DNA from: Leptospiraceae bacterium
GTDB lineage: Bacteria; Spirochaetota; Leptospiria; Leptospirales; Leptonemataceae
Direction: 5' to 3'
Assembly: GCA_040217195.1 (NCBI GenBank)
Contig: JAVJNR010000003.1
Coordinates: 192,001 to 256,000 of the forward strand
DNA: 64,000 nt
The position numbers and the translations under genes were made by a program. Below the pieces are notes generated by a model, which saw nothing but the letters and a program-made list of their open reading frames with translations, was not told where the DNA came from and did no database searches. This document shows positions 51,340 to 61,687 of this stretch, piece after piece (the stretch's first letter is position 1; the number at the start of each line of letters is the position of its first letter).

Positions 51340-51450
51340 AAAAATCCGAAAAAGCTGAAGCTTCTATGCGAATGAGCTCAATTATTCAGGGAAAGTCAAG
51401 AAATTTAATACAGAATGGGTCGTTAGCATCTTCTCATTAGCAGCCGGCAC

Positions 51451-52059
51451 CTAGGCCATCAGACTGTCCAGAAATCTATCCAGCACAGCCTGCGCATCCG
51501 CCAGAGATTTCGCTTCCTGCTTTTGCTCGGCCAACCAGAGCGCGGCCTCATTCATGGCACCGCTTAGCATATAACTCAAGGCATCCAGAGGAAGTCTCTT
51601 AAGCACTCCTGAGTTCATTAGTTCTTCCAGTCCTTTGCGAAGCTCCCTTACACCGTTCTGTGCATCAATCCTTCTCCATTCATGCCATCCAAGTACGGCC
51701 GGACCGTCCACCAGGACAATCCTCCGCAGATCAGCCCTGGATGCGGTTTCCACAAAGGCATGGCACCCCAGGCGCAGCCCCTGCCACGGATCCTCCACAC
51801 TGCTGAAAGATTCTTCAATGGCGGCCAGAATCTCTCCCTGGGCCTCTTCCAGGACAGCGCGAAACAGATCCATTTTGTCCTCAAATTGATGATACAGAGC
51901 TCCCCGGGTTAGACCGGCCCGCCCTACCAGCTTTTCCAGCGATAAGCCAGCATAGCCTGCTCGTGCGAATTCGCTTCTGGCCAGCTTCATCAATCGCTTC
52001 CTGGTATCGGCTGCCTGCTGCTTCTTGGTTACCGGTCGTCTGGCTTTCTTTGTGGCCAT
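51451..52059 (-). CDS. TetR family regulator
   Basis: AGLTRGALYHQFEDKMDLF HTH; DGPAVLGW..WR. Confidence 0.9.
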   Translation of the reverse strand: MATKKARRPVTKKQQAADTRKRLMKLARSEFARAGYAGLSLEKLVGRAGLTRGALYHQFEDKMDLFRAVLEEAQGEILAAIEESFSSVEDPWQGLRLGCHAFVETASRADLRRIVLVDGPAVLGWHEWRRIDAQNGVRELRKGLEELMNSGVLKRLPLDALSYMLSGAMNEAALWLAEQKQEAKSLADAQAVLDRFLDSLMA

Positions 52060-52106
52060 GCCCCAGTTGATTGCTGCTGGTCTCTCAGGCCATCCCTTTT
52101 CAAAAT

Positions 52107-52184
52107 ACATACATACTGTACGGAAAAACGCTTGCCCCAACCACTCCCTTGCATCTAATTACACATACATACTGTATGTATGTG
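52107..52184. promoter_or_regulatory. TetR operators (one perfect, one partial)
   Basis: CACATACATAC-T-GTATGTATGTG at 52162-52184; partial copy ACATACATACTGTA at 52107-52120. Confidence 0.85.
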
Positions 52185-52341
52185 AGCAAACAAGTCTGAG
52201 ATCTAGATATGAGAAGAACCCGGGCGCCCTGGAGTGATAACATTGAATAACATGTCCGCCAGAGAACTGGCCAGCGAACAGAGCGGCCTCCATTCAGCGG
52301 AAAAACTCTTAGAGCTCGGAAAACAAAAAAGGAGAAAATCG

Positions 52342-52797
52342 ATGAATAAAAGTAAGATGAACATTCAGCTGGATAGTTTCTATCCTGTGCTTGGCACCGC
52401 CGACGTTGAGCGCTCCGCCGCATTCTACAGAGAGGTCATGGGCTTTCAGACCACCTTCGAAGCCGATTGGTACATAAGCCTCATTTCCGAAGATGGTCGC
52501 TTCCAGCTAGCTATTCTGGATTACTCGCATCCCAGTGTTCCAGAGGCATTTCGTCGTCCTACCACAGGCTTACTTCTGAATTTTGAAGTTCAGGATGTGG
52601 ACCAGCAATATGAACGGTTAAAAAAGCTTGGAAGGCCCATCCACCGGACGCTTCGCTCAGAAGATTGGGGTCAGAGACATTTCATCACCGAGGATCCGGA
52701 CGGTAATCTGATAGATATGATAACGGTCATCCCTCCAGACGGGACATATCGAGAAATGTATGATTCAACGGTGGCCGCCAAACTGAGTGAGGGATAG
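52342..52797 (+). CDS. VOC / glyoxalase family protein
   Basis: [35 protein letters not shown] before 52342. Confidence 0.9.
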   Translation: MNKSKMNIQLDSFYPVLGTADVERSAAFYREVMGFQTTFEADWYISLISEDGRFQLAILDYSHPSVPEAFRRPTTGLLLNFEVQDVDQQYERLKKLGRPIHRTLRSEDWGQRHFITEDPDGNLIDMITVIPPDGTYREMYDSTVAAKLSEG

Positions 52798-52813
52798 AAT
52801 CCATCAAATACCG

Positions 52814-52835
52814 GCCCTGGGATTGATTCCAGGGC
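52814..52835. terminator. Hairpin after the VOC gene
   Basis: GCCCTGG-N8-CCAGGGC, with no clear U-tract. Confidence 0.4.
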
Positions 52836-52903
52836 TGAATTGAAAGTTACTTACTTTCGATTCCACAAAAAGGATTTACACCTCATGGAAGCTCCAGATC
52901 AGT

Positions 52904-54949
52904 ATGCGCTCCATGCACAGTCTGCTTTTCCAACGCCCTGCTAACCAGAATTTTGTGGGCTCCCCCTTTTTGCTAATTCTACTGGCCTTCTTACTGTTGG
53001 CCACGAATTGCAATCCAGAACCGGCGGTGGACCCGCTGGCGCAAGACGGATTCATGCAGGCGCAAGCTTACAACATTTCTGATTCGCCCCTGCCTCTTGC
53101 CGGAGAATGGATGTTTCAATGGAATGAATGGGTTAACCCTTCCAGTCCACCGGAAAGGACCGATTCGAACCTACGTAAGGTCAAGGTCCCCAGTCACTGG
53201 ACGGATTATCCATCCACAGCTTCGCAACCTTCGCATGAAACAACATCAGCATCCGAGGAACAACCTTCAGTGGTTTCGAACAGAGATCCTGGATTACCAG
53301 TGAAAGGAAAGGCCTCCTTCTGGCTCCGTATTCAGTTGGATCCAAATATTGATGAGATATCTTTGCGAATACCATCCATGGATACATCCTTTGTTCTATA
53401 CTGGAACGGAAAGGAAATTGCCAGAAATGGATATCTGACAGACGATCTCCAGGGAACCAAACCGGTTTACTATGCCCCCCAGCAGGTTCGCGTGCCTAAC
53501 CAGAAAGAAAATCTTCTGGTCATTCATATGGGTAACCTGGTGTACCCGCGGCCTGGACTCCGGGACACCATCCTGATAGGCACAGAAAAGCTAATTTCCG
53601 GAATATCGAGCTACAGTAATTATTTTGCATTCTTCATCATTGGAGCTCTGAGCCTATTAACAATCTATCATCTCGGTATCTATGCAATGCGAAGGGAAGA
53701 TCGGTCCCCATTGTATTTTTCTCTTTTCTGTATGATCATTCTGGTGCGACTTCTTGTCACCGGAGAGGGACTGGCGTATCGCTTCTGGCCCATTAACTGG
53801 AACATATCCACAGCGCTTGAATACCTGACTTTTTATCTGGCTCCCGTTCCCTTTCTGCTCTTTTTAAGATCTCTATACCCTGAAGAAAGGATTCGATTCG
53901 CAGATGAGACCATTTATGCAATGTCCGCCAGCTATGCGCTGTTCGTATTGGTTGCACCCATCGGTCTTTACACACAGTCCCTGGCATCATACCAGGTTGT
54001 GGCAGCCCTGTGCGTTGTATATGCCCTGGGGATTCTTACTGTGGCCGCCATTCGCGGTCGCGACACAGCCCGCAGCTTTATGGTCGGAGCCCTTATCCTT
54101 ATCGCAACCCTGGTAAACGATATTCTTTATTCTCAAAGAATAATCCAATCCATGTTTATCTTTCCTGCGGGCGTATTCTTATTCTTCTTTTCGCAGGCAT
54201 TCTTGCTGAGCCGTCGATTTGCCATAGCTTTCCGCACGGCAGAAACCCTTACACTTGAACTGGATCAGAAAGTCAAAGATCGAACAAAGGACCTGGAACT
54301 TGCCCGAAATCGTTCGGATGAACTGCTTCGTAACATCCTGCCTGATTCAGTAGCCCAGGAACTAAAAGAGAAAGGATCGGTAACGCCTCAGTATCATCCT
54401 CTGGTCACAGTCCTTTTTGTGGACTTTGTGGACTTTACTCGAATTAGCGAGCGCTGGCATCCCAGTGAACTGGTAACTGAGCTGGATGCCTGTTTTAGCG
54501 CATTTGATGAGATTACCCAGAGAAATCACCTGGAAAAGCTCAAAACCATTGGCGATTCGTATATGGCAGCAGCCGGCATTCCGCTATCCAGAGCTGATCA
54601 TGCATTTCTGGCCTGCGAGGCAGCGCTAGAAATCTCTTCATGGATGCATTCCTACCAATCCAGAATGGAGATGGCTCGCAATCCGGTCTGGAATTTTAGG
54701 ATAGGAATGCACAGTGGTCCAGTAACGGCCGGTGTTATAGGTACCAATAAGTTTGCCTACGATATCTGGGGCGATACAGTGAACACTGCCAGTCGAATGG
54801 AACGATTTGCACCTCCGGGACAGATAAATATTTCCGCTGCCACATACGAAATTGTAAAGGAACGGTACAACTGCGAAACGAGAGAGAAAGTAGAGATTCC
54901 AGGAAAAGGTTTAATGCAATGTTACTCTCTGGCCAGAAAACCAGTTTGA
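52904..54949 (+). CDS. 7TM-DISM adenylate/guanylate cyclase
   Basis: LAGEWMFQW extracellular domain, 7TM region, FVDFVDFT, KTIGDSYM, YDIWGDTVNTASRME. Confidence 0.92.
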   Translation: MRSMHSLLFQRPANQNFVGSPFLLILLAFLLLATNCNPEPAVDPLAQDGFMQAQAYNISDSPLPLAGEWMFQWNEWVNPSSPPERTDSNLRKVKVPSHWTDYPSTASQPSHETTSASEEQPSVVSNRDPGLPVKGKASFWLRIQLDPNIDEISLRIPSMDTSFVLYWNGKEIARNGYLTDDLQGTKPVYYAPQQVRVPNQKENLLVIHMGNLVYPRPGLRDTILIGTEKLISGISSYSNYFAFFIIGALSLLTIYHLGIYAMRREDRSPLYFSLFCMIILVRLLVTGEGLAYRFWPINWNISTALEYLTFYLAPVPFLLFLRSLYPEERIRFADETIYAMSASYALFVLVAPIGLYTQSLASYQVVAALCVVYALGILTVAAIRGRDTARSFMVGALILIATLVNDILYSQRIIQSMFIFPAGVFLFFFSQAFLLSRRFAIAFRTAETLTLELDQKVKDRTKDLELARNRSDELLRNILPDSVAQELKEKGSVTPQYHPLVTVLFVDFVDFTRISERWHPSELVTELDACFSAFDEITQRNHLEKLKTIGDSYMAAAGIPLSRADHAFLACEAALEISSWMHSYQSRMEMARNPVWNFRIGMHSGPVTAGVIGTNKFAYDIWGDTVNTASRMERFAPPGQINISAATYEIVKERYNCETREKVEIPGKGLMQCYSLARKPV

Positions 54950-55214
54950 TAGATTTAAAATTGAAGTCTCACTGTGATCTGACACTGTAAACTTGTTTCC
55001 ATATTATGACTTACAGCTCTGAAGAGGACCGTAAATTCATTCAAGCTCATTACCAGAGAATAGATGGCTCTACAAAGATTCCTGCTGCATTCAAGACCTC
55101 GCAGTCCAGATAAAATCCGGAGCAACACAGATACATCATATCACACCGGACTGTGCAATGGTTTTGCCCATAAATTCTGGCAGACAAGAAGTTCTCAGCG
55201 ACTTATGATTGACC

Positions 55215-55964
55215 ATGATTCTAATGCCCATGGCCAGCGAAGAGTTCGATCCCACCGAAGCGTCCATACTGTACAAGCATCTGCATGAAGCAGGCTATGA
55301 AGTGACCTTTGCCACATCCGATGGCCGGCCTGCCAGCCCCGACGATCGAATGATGACCGGACGCAGCCTGGGGATCTGGTCCGGAATGCTTAAAGCTCGC
55401 GCCGATGCCGTGGAAGCGTGCGAACTCATGATGAAGGACCCGGCCTTCCAGTCCCCCATTCAATGGAATGAAATGAAACCATCAAGATTTCGTGCACTTG
55501 CCCTGCACGGTGGTCATGGTCCCGGAATGCGTCCTTATCTGGAATCCACCGAAATCATGAATGTGATTCGCACTTTCATAGAGGAAAAAAAACCTCTGGG
55601 AGCGATTTGTCATGGAGTAGTGCTTCTGGCCCGAACCCAAAAAGCCGATGGAACCTCTGTAATTCACGGCCGAAAATGCACTACATTACTGAAATCTCAG
55701 GAACTGGCCGCCCACAACATGACCAGGGTCTGGCTCAAGGACTACTATCGTACCTATCCCGACACCACCTGTCAGGATGAAGTGACCGCCGCATTAAAGG
55801 ATCCAGGAGACTTTCAAATTGGCCCAAGACCTCTGTTTCGAGATTCACCCGGAAAACTAAATCGCGGATTCGCCTTCCGAGATGAAAACCTAATAACTGC
55901 ACGTTGGCCAGGAGATGCATACAACTATGCAAGAGGCTTTTTGGATTTGTTGAAAGATCATTGA
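55215..55964 (+). CDS. DJ-1/PfpI (class I GATase-like) protein
   Basis: FDPTE, GGH, AICHG, TARWPGD. Confidence 0.88.
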   Translation: MILMPMASEEFDPTEASILYKHLHEAGYEVTFATSDGRPASPDDRMMTGRSLGIWSGMLKARADAVEACELMMKDPAFQSPIQWNEMKPSRFRALALHGGHGPGMRPYLESTEIMNVIRTFIEEKKPLGAICHGVVLLARTQKADGTSVIHGRKCTTLLKSQELAAHNMTRVWLKDYYRTYPDTTCQDEVTAALKDPGDFQIGPRPLFRDSPGKLNRGFAFRDENLITARWPGDAYNYARGFLDLLKDH

Positions 55965-56126
55965 GGTCCAGGGCCTCAATAATGAACGGTATGGATCATA
56001 GGCCATGCGATCATCGAGTGCAACTGGCAGGCTCCAGTGCTCCGTTCCGGGCAGAATCCCGGAATGCCAGACCGGGCGTATGAATTTCTCAAAATAGGAC
56101 CGGTCAAACCAGGTAGCCGTGGCTAT

Positions 56127-56546
56127 TCAGTTCGCACAAACAGTAAGAATTCTATCATCTGGCTCGGAGCAAAAGGCCAAATCACAATCCCGGTCCGGCC
56201 CATTCTCGCTGCAGAGATTCAATTGTTTCCTTACCGTCTTTCGCATTCTCTCAAGCTCCCGGATTGAATTTTCCAGAATCGTCAGACGCTGATCGAGCGT
56301 TTCACGCAACGATAAGCAACTGGACTCAGTTTTCTCCCCGGGATTCGTCAATTCTTTGATTTCTGAAATTGTAAGTCCCAGTGTCTTGAGCTCAGTTATC
56401 CAGTCTACTTTAGTCTTTAACTCCGGGGGATAATCCCGGTATCCATTTTCGCCACGAGGCACTTTTCCCAGCAACCCCTGCTTCTCATAGAACCTTAAAG
56501 TGTCTCTCGATAATCCAGATAATCGCCCCAGTTCACCAATTCTCAT
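56127..56546 (-). CDS. MerR family metal-responsive regulator (ZntR/CadR-like)
   Basis: MRIGEL..TLRFYE HTH; Cys at the start of the dimer helix and a C-terminal C-x8-C-x4-C cluster. Confidence 0.9.
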   Translation of the reverse strand: MRIGELGRLSGLSRDTLRFYEKQGLLGKVPRGENGYRDYPPELKTKVDWITELKTLGLTISEIKELTNPGEKTESSCLSLRETLDQRLTILENSIRELERMRKTVRKQLNLCSENGPDRDCDLAFCSEPDDRILTVCAN

Positions 56547-56564
56547 TTTTTTTACCCCCCACTA

Positions 56565-56596
56565 TTGACCCTGGACTGCACTCCAGGGCTTACATT
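56565..56596 (+). promoter_or_regulatory. MerR-type promoter/operator with long spacer
   Basis: -35 TTGACC, 20-nt spacer, -10 TACATT; dyad CCCTGGACTG/CACTCCAGGG at 56569-56588. Confidence 0.85.
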
Positions 56597-56636
56597 GAAC
56601 CAACTAACGCTCAATCGAATAGACAAGGAGGAACCT

Positions 56637-57092
56637 ATGAAAAGAAAAAGAATACTATTGGCCGGAGGTGCAGGACTTCTGGGCACATTATTTATGACTC
56701 TTCTTATGCTTGTTGGAGTGAATTCAGGCATGGCACCTATGCCGGAGCCCATTCCGCGCGCCATCGTTGGTAGTCTGCTACCTCTTTCAGGTGCTCCGCT
56801 AATGCTCGTAGCCATGATCTCTCATTTTGTGTATGGAGCTGTATGGGCTATTCTGGCGGACCAAACCTTTCCGGATTTTGACTGGATTCGCGGAATCATG
56901 CTCGGCGCTTTTCTGTGGATCATCATGCAGCTTGTGGTCCTACCCCTGATTGGCTGGGGATTCTTTGGAATCAACCATACACCTGCCATCGCAGTGGCCA
57001 CTCTGATTCTTCATTTGATCTATGGAGCGACCACCGGTCTCATTATTCAAAAATGGGTTAGCACAGCAGATAAAGCGAACTCAGCGGTTTGA
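56637..57092 (+). CDS. Four-TM membrane protein with His/Met motifs (DUF6789/DUF2938-like)
   Basis: AAGGAGG RBS; MAPMPEP, SHFVYG, LHLIYG. Confidence 0.8.
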   Translation: MKRKRILLAGGAGLLGTLFMTLLMLVGVNSGMAPMPEPIPRAIVGSLLPLSGAPLMLVAMISHFVYGAVWAILADQTFPDFDWIRGIMLGAFLWIIMQLVVLPLIGWGFFGINHTPAIAVATLILHLIYGATTGLIIQKWVSTADKANSAV

Positions 57093-57103
57093 TGGCAGTC
57101 GGC

Positions 57104-57138
57104 CTCCTGGTTGCCTGCAGAAAACAGGCAGCCAGGAG
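57104..57138. terminator. Strong hairpin after the MerR target gene
   Basis: CTCCTGGTTGCCTG-N7-CAGGCAGCCAGGAG. Confidence 0.55.
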
Positions 57139-57205
57139 ATGAAAGATCAAGCTATGAAAATGAAAATCTACTGACCGTAAACCCGGAAATCCAAACTCTG
57201 GGACT

Positions 57206-58237
57206 ATGAAGTTTCGCGAACAGATTGTCGAATCCGCCGGCCTTAAGCTCTATATGAAATGGGCCAATCCGACCGGGTCGAAAACGACAGTGCTTTTTCT
57301 GCATGGTTTTCCAGACGATCATGACACCTGGAGTTATCAGCTAGAAGGTCTGGCCAGGCGATACAGAGTAGCAGCACTGGAGCTTCGCGGAGTGAACCGT
57401 AGTCAGAGACCTCGTCCCGGAAAGGCTTATGCGATTCGAAACATTTTGCCAGACATCAGTCGTACCATTGAGGCCCTGGGAGGCGAAAGGGTACATTTGA
57501 TTGGCCATGATTGGGGTAGCATGATCGGTTGGTGTTACGCCACGGATCCAATATACAGCCAGAACTTGATTAGCTATCAGGGAATGTCCGCCCCGCACCC
57601 GGGAACCATACTCACCTACATGGCAGAGAAGCTCAAAGGATTTAACCTGGGACCTCTCGGGCGGCAACTGCTCAAATCCTGGTATGTTTGGTTCTTTCAG
57701 ATTCCATTTCTGCCAGAGTTTTCGATTCGCATACTTCCCCCGGAATGGAGAGGGCGATTGCTGAAAAAAGGTGGCATGTCCGCATCCGATCCGCTGGTCC
57801 TTAAGTCCACCGAAGAATTCGCGGCCATAACAACTGGTACTATCAATCTGTACCGACAACTGATTCGGCGACGACCAGGCCGGCCAATGCAGCCGGTTAT
57901 TCCCACCCAGCAGATTATTCCATCCGGGGATTTATTTGTTTCCAGAGAATTGTATCATGGCCAGACAAAACTCCTGGCCGGGCCGAATTATGGGGAAGTT
58001 CCCGTGGATGGTCCACACTGGATTCATCGCACACAGCCAGAATTGATCAATCGGATCCTTATAGATTTTATTGAAAAGAACGGATCCGAGGTTGCCACCA
58101 AAGGCGGCATGAAGCGAAAAGAAGCAAGCCCCACTGCAAGTTCCGGCCGGCGAAGCAAGGGCAATGCGACGCGTCCTGTAGAGAAGAAATCGAAAAAGAA
58201 GACCAGTAAACGCTCGGCTAAAAAAAATAGGCCCTAG
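57206..58237 (+). CDS. Alpha/beta hydrolase (epoxide hydrolase-like) with basic C-terminal tail
   Basis: HGFP, GHDWG, SWYVWFFQ, HWIH. Confidence 0.88.
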   Translation: MKFREQIVESAGLKLYMKWANPTGSKTTVLFLHGFPDDHDTWSYQLEGLARRYRVAALELRGVNRSQRPRPGKAYAIRNILPDISRTIEALGGERVHLIGHDWGSMIGWCYATDPIYSQNLISYQGMSAPHPGTILTYMAEKLKGFNLGPLGRQLLKSWYVWFFQIPFLPEFSIRILPPEWRGRLLKKGGMSASDPLVLKSTEEFAAITTGTINLYRQLIRRRPGRPMQPVIPTQQIIPSGDLFVSRELYHGQTKLLAGPNYGEVPVDGPHWIHRTQPELINRILIDFIEKNGSEVATKGGMKRKEASPTASSGRRSKGNATRPVEKKSKKKTSKRSAKKNRP

Positions 58238-58523
58238 TATCCAGATTCCTTTGTCCGCAAAACGATAATCGAATACCGATTTACCAGACGTTAAGAGTCT
58301 GCCATTCGGGCCCGGGTATTTTCATCGAGCGGTTTTCAGAGTCACTGCTGCAATGTTTTATGCTGTACCGAAGTCCAGGCACCTGGAGAATTTTGCCGGG
58401 AGCCGTAGATTCTTGACCATACCTGTATCTTTCCTTTCACCTCGAACCGCAGACTTCCGCATTTTTCGCATCCAACGCCGATTTCGCTTGAACCTGAAGT
58501 AGACAGGACCGGTCTTAACTATA

Positions 58524-59339
58524 ATGAAATCTGGAATTTCGCTTAAAGGGGCTGTTGCCCTGACCCTGATCATTTCTGCTGCTTCCCTATTTGCTGGCCC
58601 CGCTAACCCCTGGAAATCTGAATTAACCGGCCGTGAGATTTCCTTTATCTTTCGCTGTGCTCTATTGAAAGAAGACCCCTCCTGGATGTGGGCCAACGAT
58701 GGAGAGACCATTCGGGTAGGTGCACATGAATTTGGGCACCTTCTGGGGGCCGCTCAGCATATCCGATACAGTGCATTGCCTACCTGCATCACCCATTATG
58801 CAATCCTGGATTATCCTTCGGAAGAAAGAGATTACTTTCATGGCCTGTCTGCACTTTCTGGAATTCCCATATTTCAGGAAAGACAGGGCTCCCAAATCTA
58901 TTCAAACGAAATCAACTATTACAATCCTACCTTGATTAGCTGGATCAAAGACAATATGATCCCGGATCCGAATACTCCTTTGACTCTGGAAGCCAATTTC
59001 CAGAAGCTCTACGATATTGTTGCGAAGCGAAATGCTAGAATCCTGGCATACACTCTTGTTGAACTCAAACGGTCCGGTGATCTTAAGAAACATTATGAAA
59101 AGTACCTGGAATTGAATGGTCAGGGCCGAGTGGATATGAAGCATACTATTCTTCGAGATTCTCCACTTCAAGATGTTTACAGCGCTGAGCAAAACGATCC
59201 GTACGGATACAACTTTGGACCCGGTCATGCAGCCACTTTCTGGTTTCGCCGAGAAATGGATGGGACGACTGAGGACGTGATGGAGCTTCTGAAAGCCGTA
59301 TTTCAGAGATACGATCAGGAAGCTCTGAGCCAACTATAG
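58524..59339 (+). CDS. Secreted hypothetical protein with HExxH motif
   Basis: Signal peptide ending LFA; GAHEFGHLLG. Confidence 0.7.
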   Translation: MKSGISLKGAVALTLIISAASLFAGPANPWKSELTGREISFIFRCALLKEDPSWMWANDGETIRVGAHEFGHLLGAAQHIRYSALPTCITHYAILDYPSEERDYFHGLSALSGIPIFQERQGSQIYSNEINYYNPTLISWIKDNMIPDPNTPLTLEANFQKLYDIVAKRNARILAYTLVELKRSGDLKKHYEKYLELNGQGRVDMKHTILRDSPLQDVYSAEQNDPYGYNFGPGHAATFWFRREMDGTTEDVMELLKAVFQRYDQEALSQL

Positions 59340-59608
59340 TTCAGATGCTTCTAATAATTCAGGCAGAAAACCTGGTTCTACTCAGAATCGGGTTCTGGGA
59401 ATAAGTCGAACTTCCTGGCAGAATCGATTTTCATGGAGAAACGTTCGCCGGATGCTGGACGGCCAGATCACTTTCGATCACCGCCCGGGGGTTCGTATAA
59501 TATCGTTTTCTTGTTTATTACCCGAATTCTTTTACGAAACGAATTTGATTGTCAATCACGTATGGGCCTCCAGACTTTTGCCCCCCCACATTAGCCTGCA
59601 GTAACGTA

Positions 59609-59690
59609 GGTGCGACTTAAAGCACTGGTCGGTGTATAAGGCGAACCCGCCATCTTTCCTTGACAAACCCAGAATTTCTGATACCGGCGG
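59609..59690. repeat. Dispersed conserved non-coding element, copy B
   Basis: GGTGCGACTTAAAGCAC-N12-AAGGCGAACCCG-C-CATCTTTCCTTGACA-N11-TCTGATACCGGCGG. Confidence 0.65.
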
Positions 59691-59751
59691 AAGCCAGTAT
59701 AGTCCTGCTCAAAAACTTTTGACATATCCGGGAATAAATGCAGCGTATGCC

Positions 59752-61659
59752 ATGCGTCTTCGAATTGTACTACTTATCTTTCTTTTAGCCGTCCTGGTGG
59801 CTTGTAAACGGGAAACCTTCCAGCCGGCCAAAGAGCCAATGTCATTACGGGTAATCAATCATTCAAAACCCATCGACCTGGTGGCTGAGCCATTAAAAGA
59901 GCAGATGATCTCCTGGGACGGCAAAAGCATACCGGAACTAAAGATTGAAGGGATCCTTAACATCGAGTATCGCGATGAGTATTATCAGTATTTACAACTG
60001 AAGTGCCCTGCAGAACTAAAATGCAATGGTTCCAACGCATTTGCCCCGGTGAGCCTTGCAATGGAACTGCATCCAGATGGCAAGATTGCACCGATGTATT
60101 CTAAAGAGCATCGAAAGAAAAGACCGTTTCTCATTGTACCTTCCAATCAGAGCGAAAAGATCGATTCCCTCATGTCCTGGCTTAAGAATCCGGCAAATTC
60201 CCAGGTGCCGGAAATGTTTGATGAGCAGTTGCTAAATGCGACAGTAAACTTCTTTTTGGATTCTCTTCCGGCCCCCGAGCAGGAAGGACGGATTGCTGGC
60301 TGGTATTATCTGGGCCAGGCCATGCGAGAGGGAGACTACGATCCAAATTTCGAACCATTCCTCAAGCGCTTCAAGGAATTAGACCGAATCGCTCATATAG
60401 ATGCACGGCTCGAAGATATAAGGAAAGCCCACGAAGAAGACCGATCCCTACCCGGAGAATTGACTCTTCCGCAGGCGCAGTTTCTACAAGCCTTTAGAGA
60501 ACTGGTGAGCCCCAAATTCCTGGATTCACTGGACAGCTATTACTACGATTTCCCGTTCCTGGCCAAAACCAACTCCGGGCTGGCTTCTGCCATGAACAAT
60601 CAGAACCTGCCAGTCTATAAAGAAAGAGTCGTTAAGGATCTGCTTCAGGAAGCTAGCTACACTGCAATCAGCCGACGGATTATTCCAGCCCAGAGCAACC
60701 AAATGCTAAACGAAAATCCAGCGCCCAGCGAAATTGAAAAACCCATGGAAACCGAATCATCCGATTCCGACCTGGGGGAGGCCACGACGCAAAGCAATGG
60801 AACGTCGGAACCCGGCGAAAACCGTAAACCGAAACTGGAGGTGACCTCAAAAGAATTTTCGAAAGGAAGTGGACTTTCCATTCAGGTATCAACCGATCCT
60901 ATCGTTCAATTAACGTCCATTCGCGCAAAGCCCCACAAAAAGGGATTGAACCTGGTCGTTCTCGGAGTTGCAAAAGACAGCGGAAACAAGTATGAATATG
61001 AACTGGAGCCCGGAAAGGAATCCAGCTATTTGCTTGCAGCACGATCATCCACGGTTCAAAAATTCAAAGCTATGTCAGATGATGAAATAATGGAAAAACC
61101 TGACTATGCGCATCGGCTATTTCTTGCGGCCTTAAAGTACGGACAGGGAAAATATGAAAAGAAAGAAAGAAAATTCCAGTATGTGGTACAGATGGACCAG
61201 CCTGCCTACTGGAAAATTCTCACTATTATCAAATCCAATCAGGCCATCGATGTTCACGACGAAAGCACATATTCAGGCCCTCTGGAAATGGCAGAAAGCG
61301 AATCCAGGTTACGCTGGGCACAGCACTACGACAAAGACTTGAATCTATCCCAGTTAAAACTTCACGGCTATTTCCACATGTGCGAAAGAGGCTGCTGGGA
61401 TGAAACTATTGAAGTTTCCTGTCTGGACAATACAGAAGACAGCTTTCTGATTCTTGAGTTTCCTGCAAAAGCATTAACGCAAGAATCTTTCCAGAAAGAA
61501 GATATCGAAGCCCTGCTGGTCCATAAAAAGCTGAGCACGAACGAAACCTACTACATGGATCAACTTTGCACACAGGCTCTGGGGATTCCAGTGCAGGAAG
61601 AGTTCACGGATTGGATTGCAGGTCTACCTCAAGGGCATTCCAATGTGGCCGCCCGATAA
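59752..61659 (+). CDS. Large hypothetical lipoprotein
   Basis: MRLRIVLLIFLLAVLVAC lipobox at ATG 59752. Confidence 0.75.
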   Translation: MRLRIVLLIFLLAVLVACKRETFQPAKEPMSLRVINHSKPIDLVAEPLKEQMISWDGKSIPELKIEGILNIEYRDEYYQYLQLKCPAELKCNGSNAFAPVSLAMELHPDGKIAPMYSKEHRKKRPFLIVPSNQSEKIDSLMSWLKNPANSQVPEMFDEQLLNATVNFFLDSLPAPEQEGRIAGWYYLGQAMREGDYDPNFEPFLKRFKELDRIAHIDARLEDIRKAHEEDRSLPGELTLPQAQFLQAFRELVSPKFLDSLDSYYYDFPFLAKTNSGLASAMNNQNLPVYKERVVKDLLQEASYTAISRRIIPAQSNQMLNENPAPSEIEKPMETESSDSDLGEATTQSNGTSEPGENRKPKLEVTSKEFSKGSGLSIQVSTDPIVQLTSIRAKPHKKGLNLVVLGVAKDSGNKYEYELEPGKESSYLLAARSSTVQKFKAMSDDEIMEKPDYAHRLFLAALKYGQGKYEKKERKFQYVVQMDQPAYWKILTIIKSNQAIDVHDESTYSGPLEMAESESRLRWAQHYDKDLNLSQLKLHGYFHMCERGCWDETIEVSCLDNTEDSFLILEFPAKALTQESFQKEDIEALLVHKKLSTNETYYMDQLCTQALGIPVQEEFTDWIAGLPQGHSNVAAR

Positions 61660-61687
61660 GCCATTCCCTGGAATAGTATAATCCGGA

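Noticed and set aside
55006..55113. 35-codon ORF (MTYSSEEDRK...) before the DJ-1 gene
   Set aside because: No RBS or recognisable motif
59632..59751. N-terminal extension of the lipoprotein ORF
   Set aside because: The lipoprotein signal starts at ATG 59752; the extension covers the non-coding repeat
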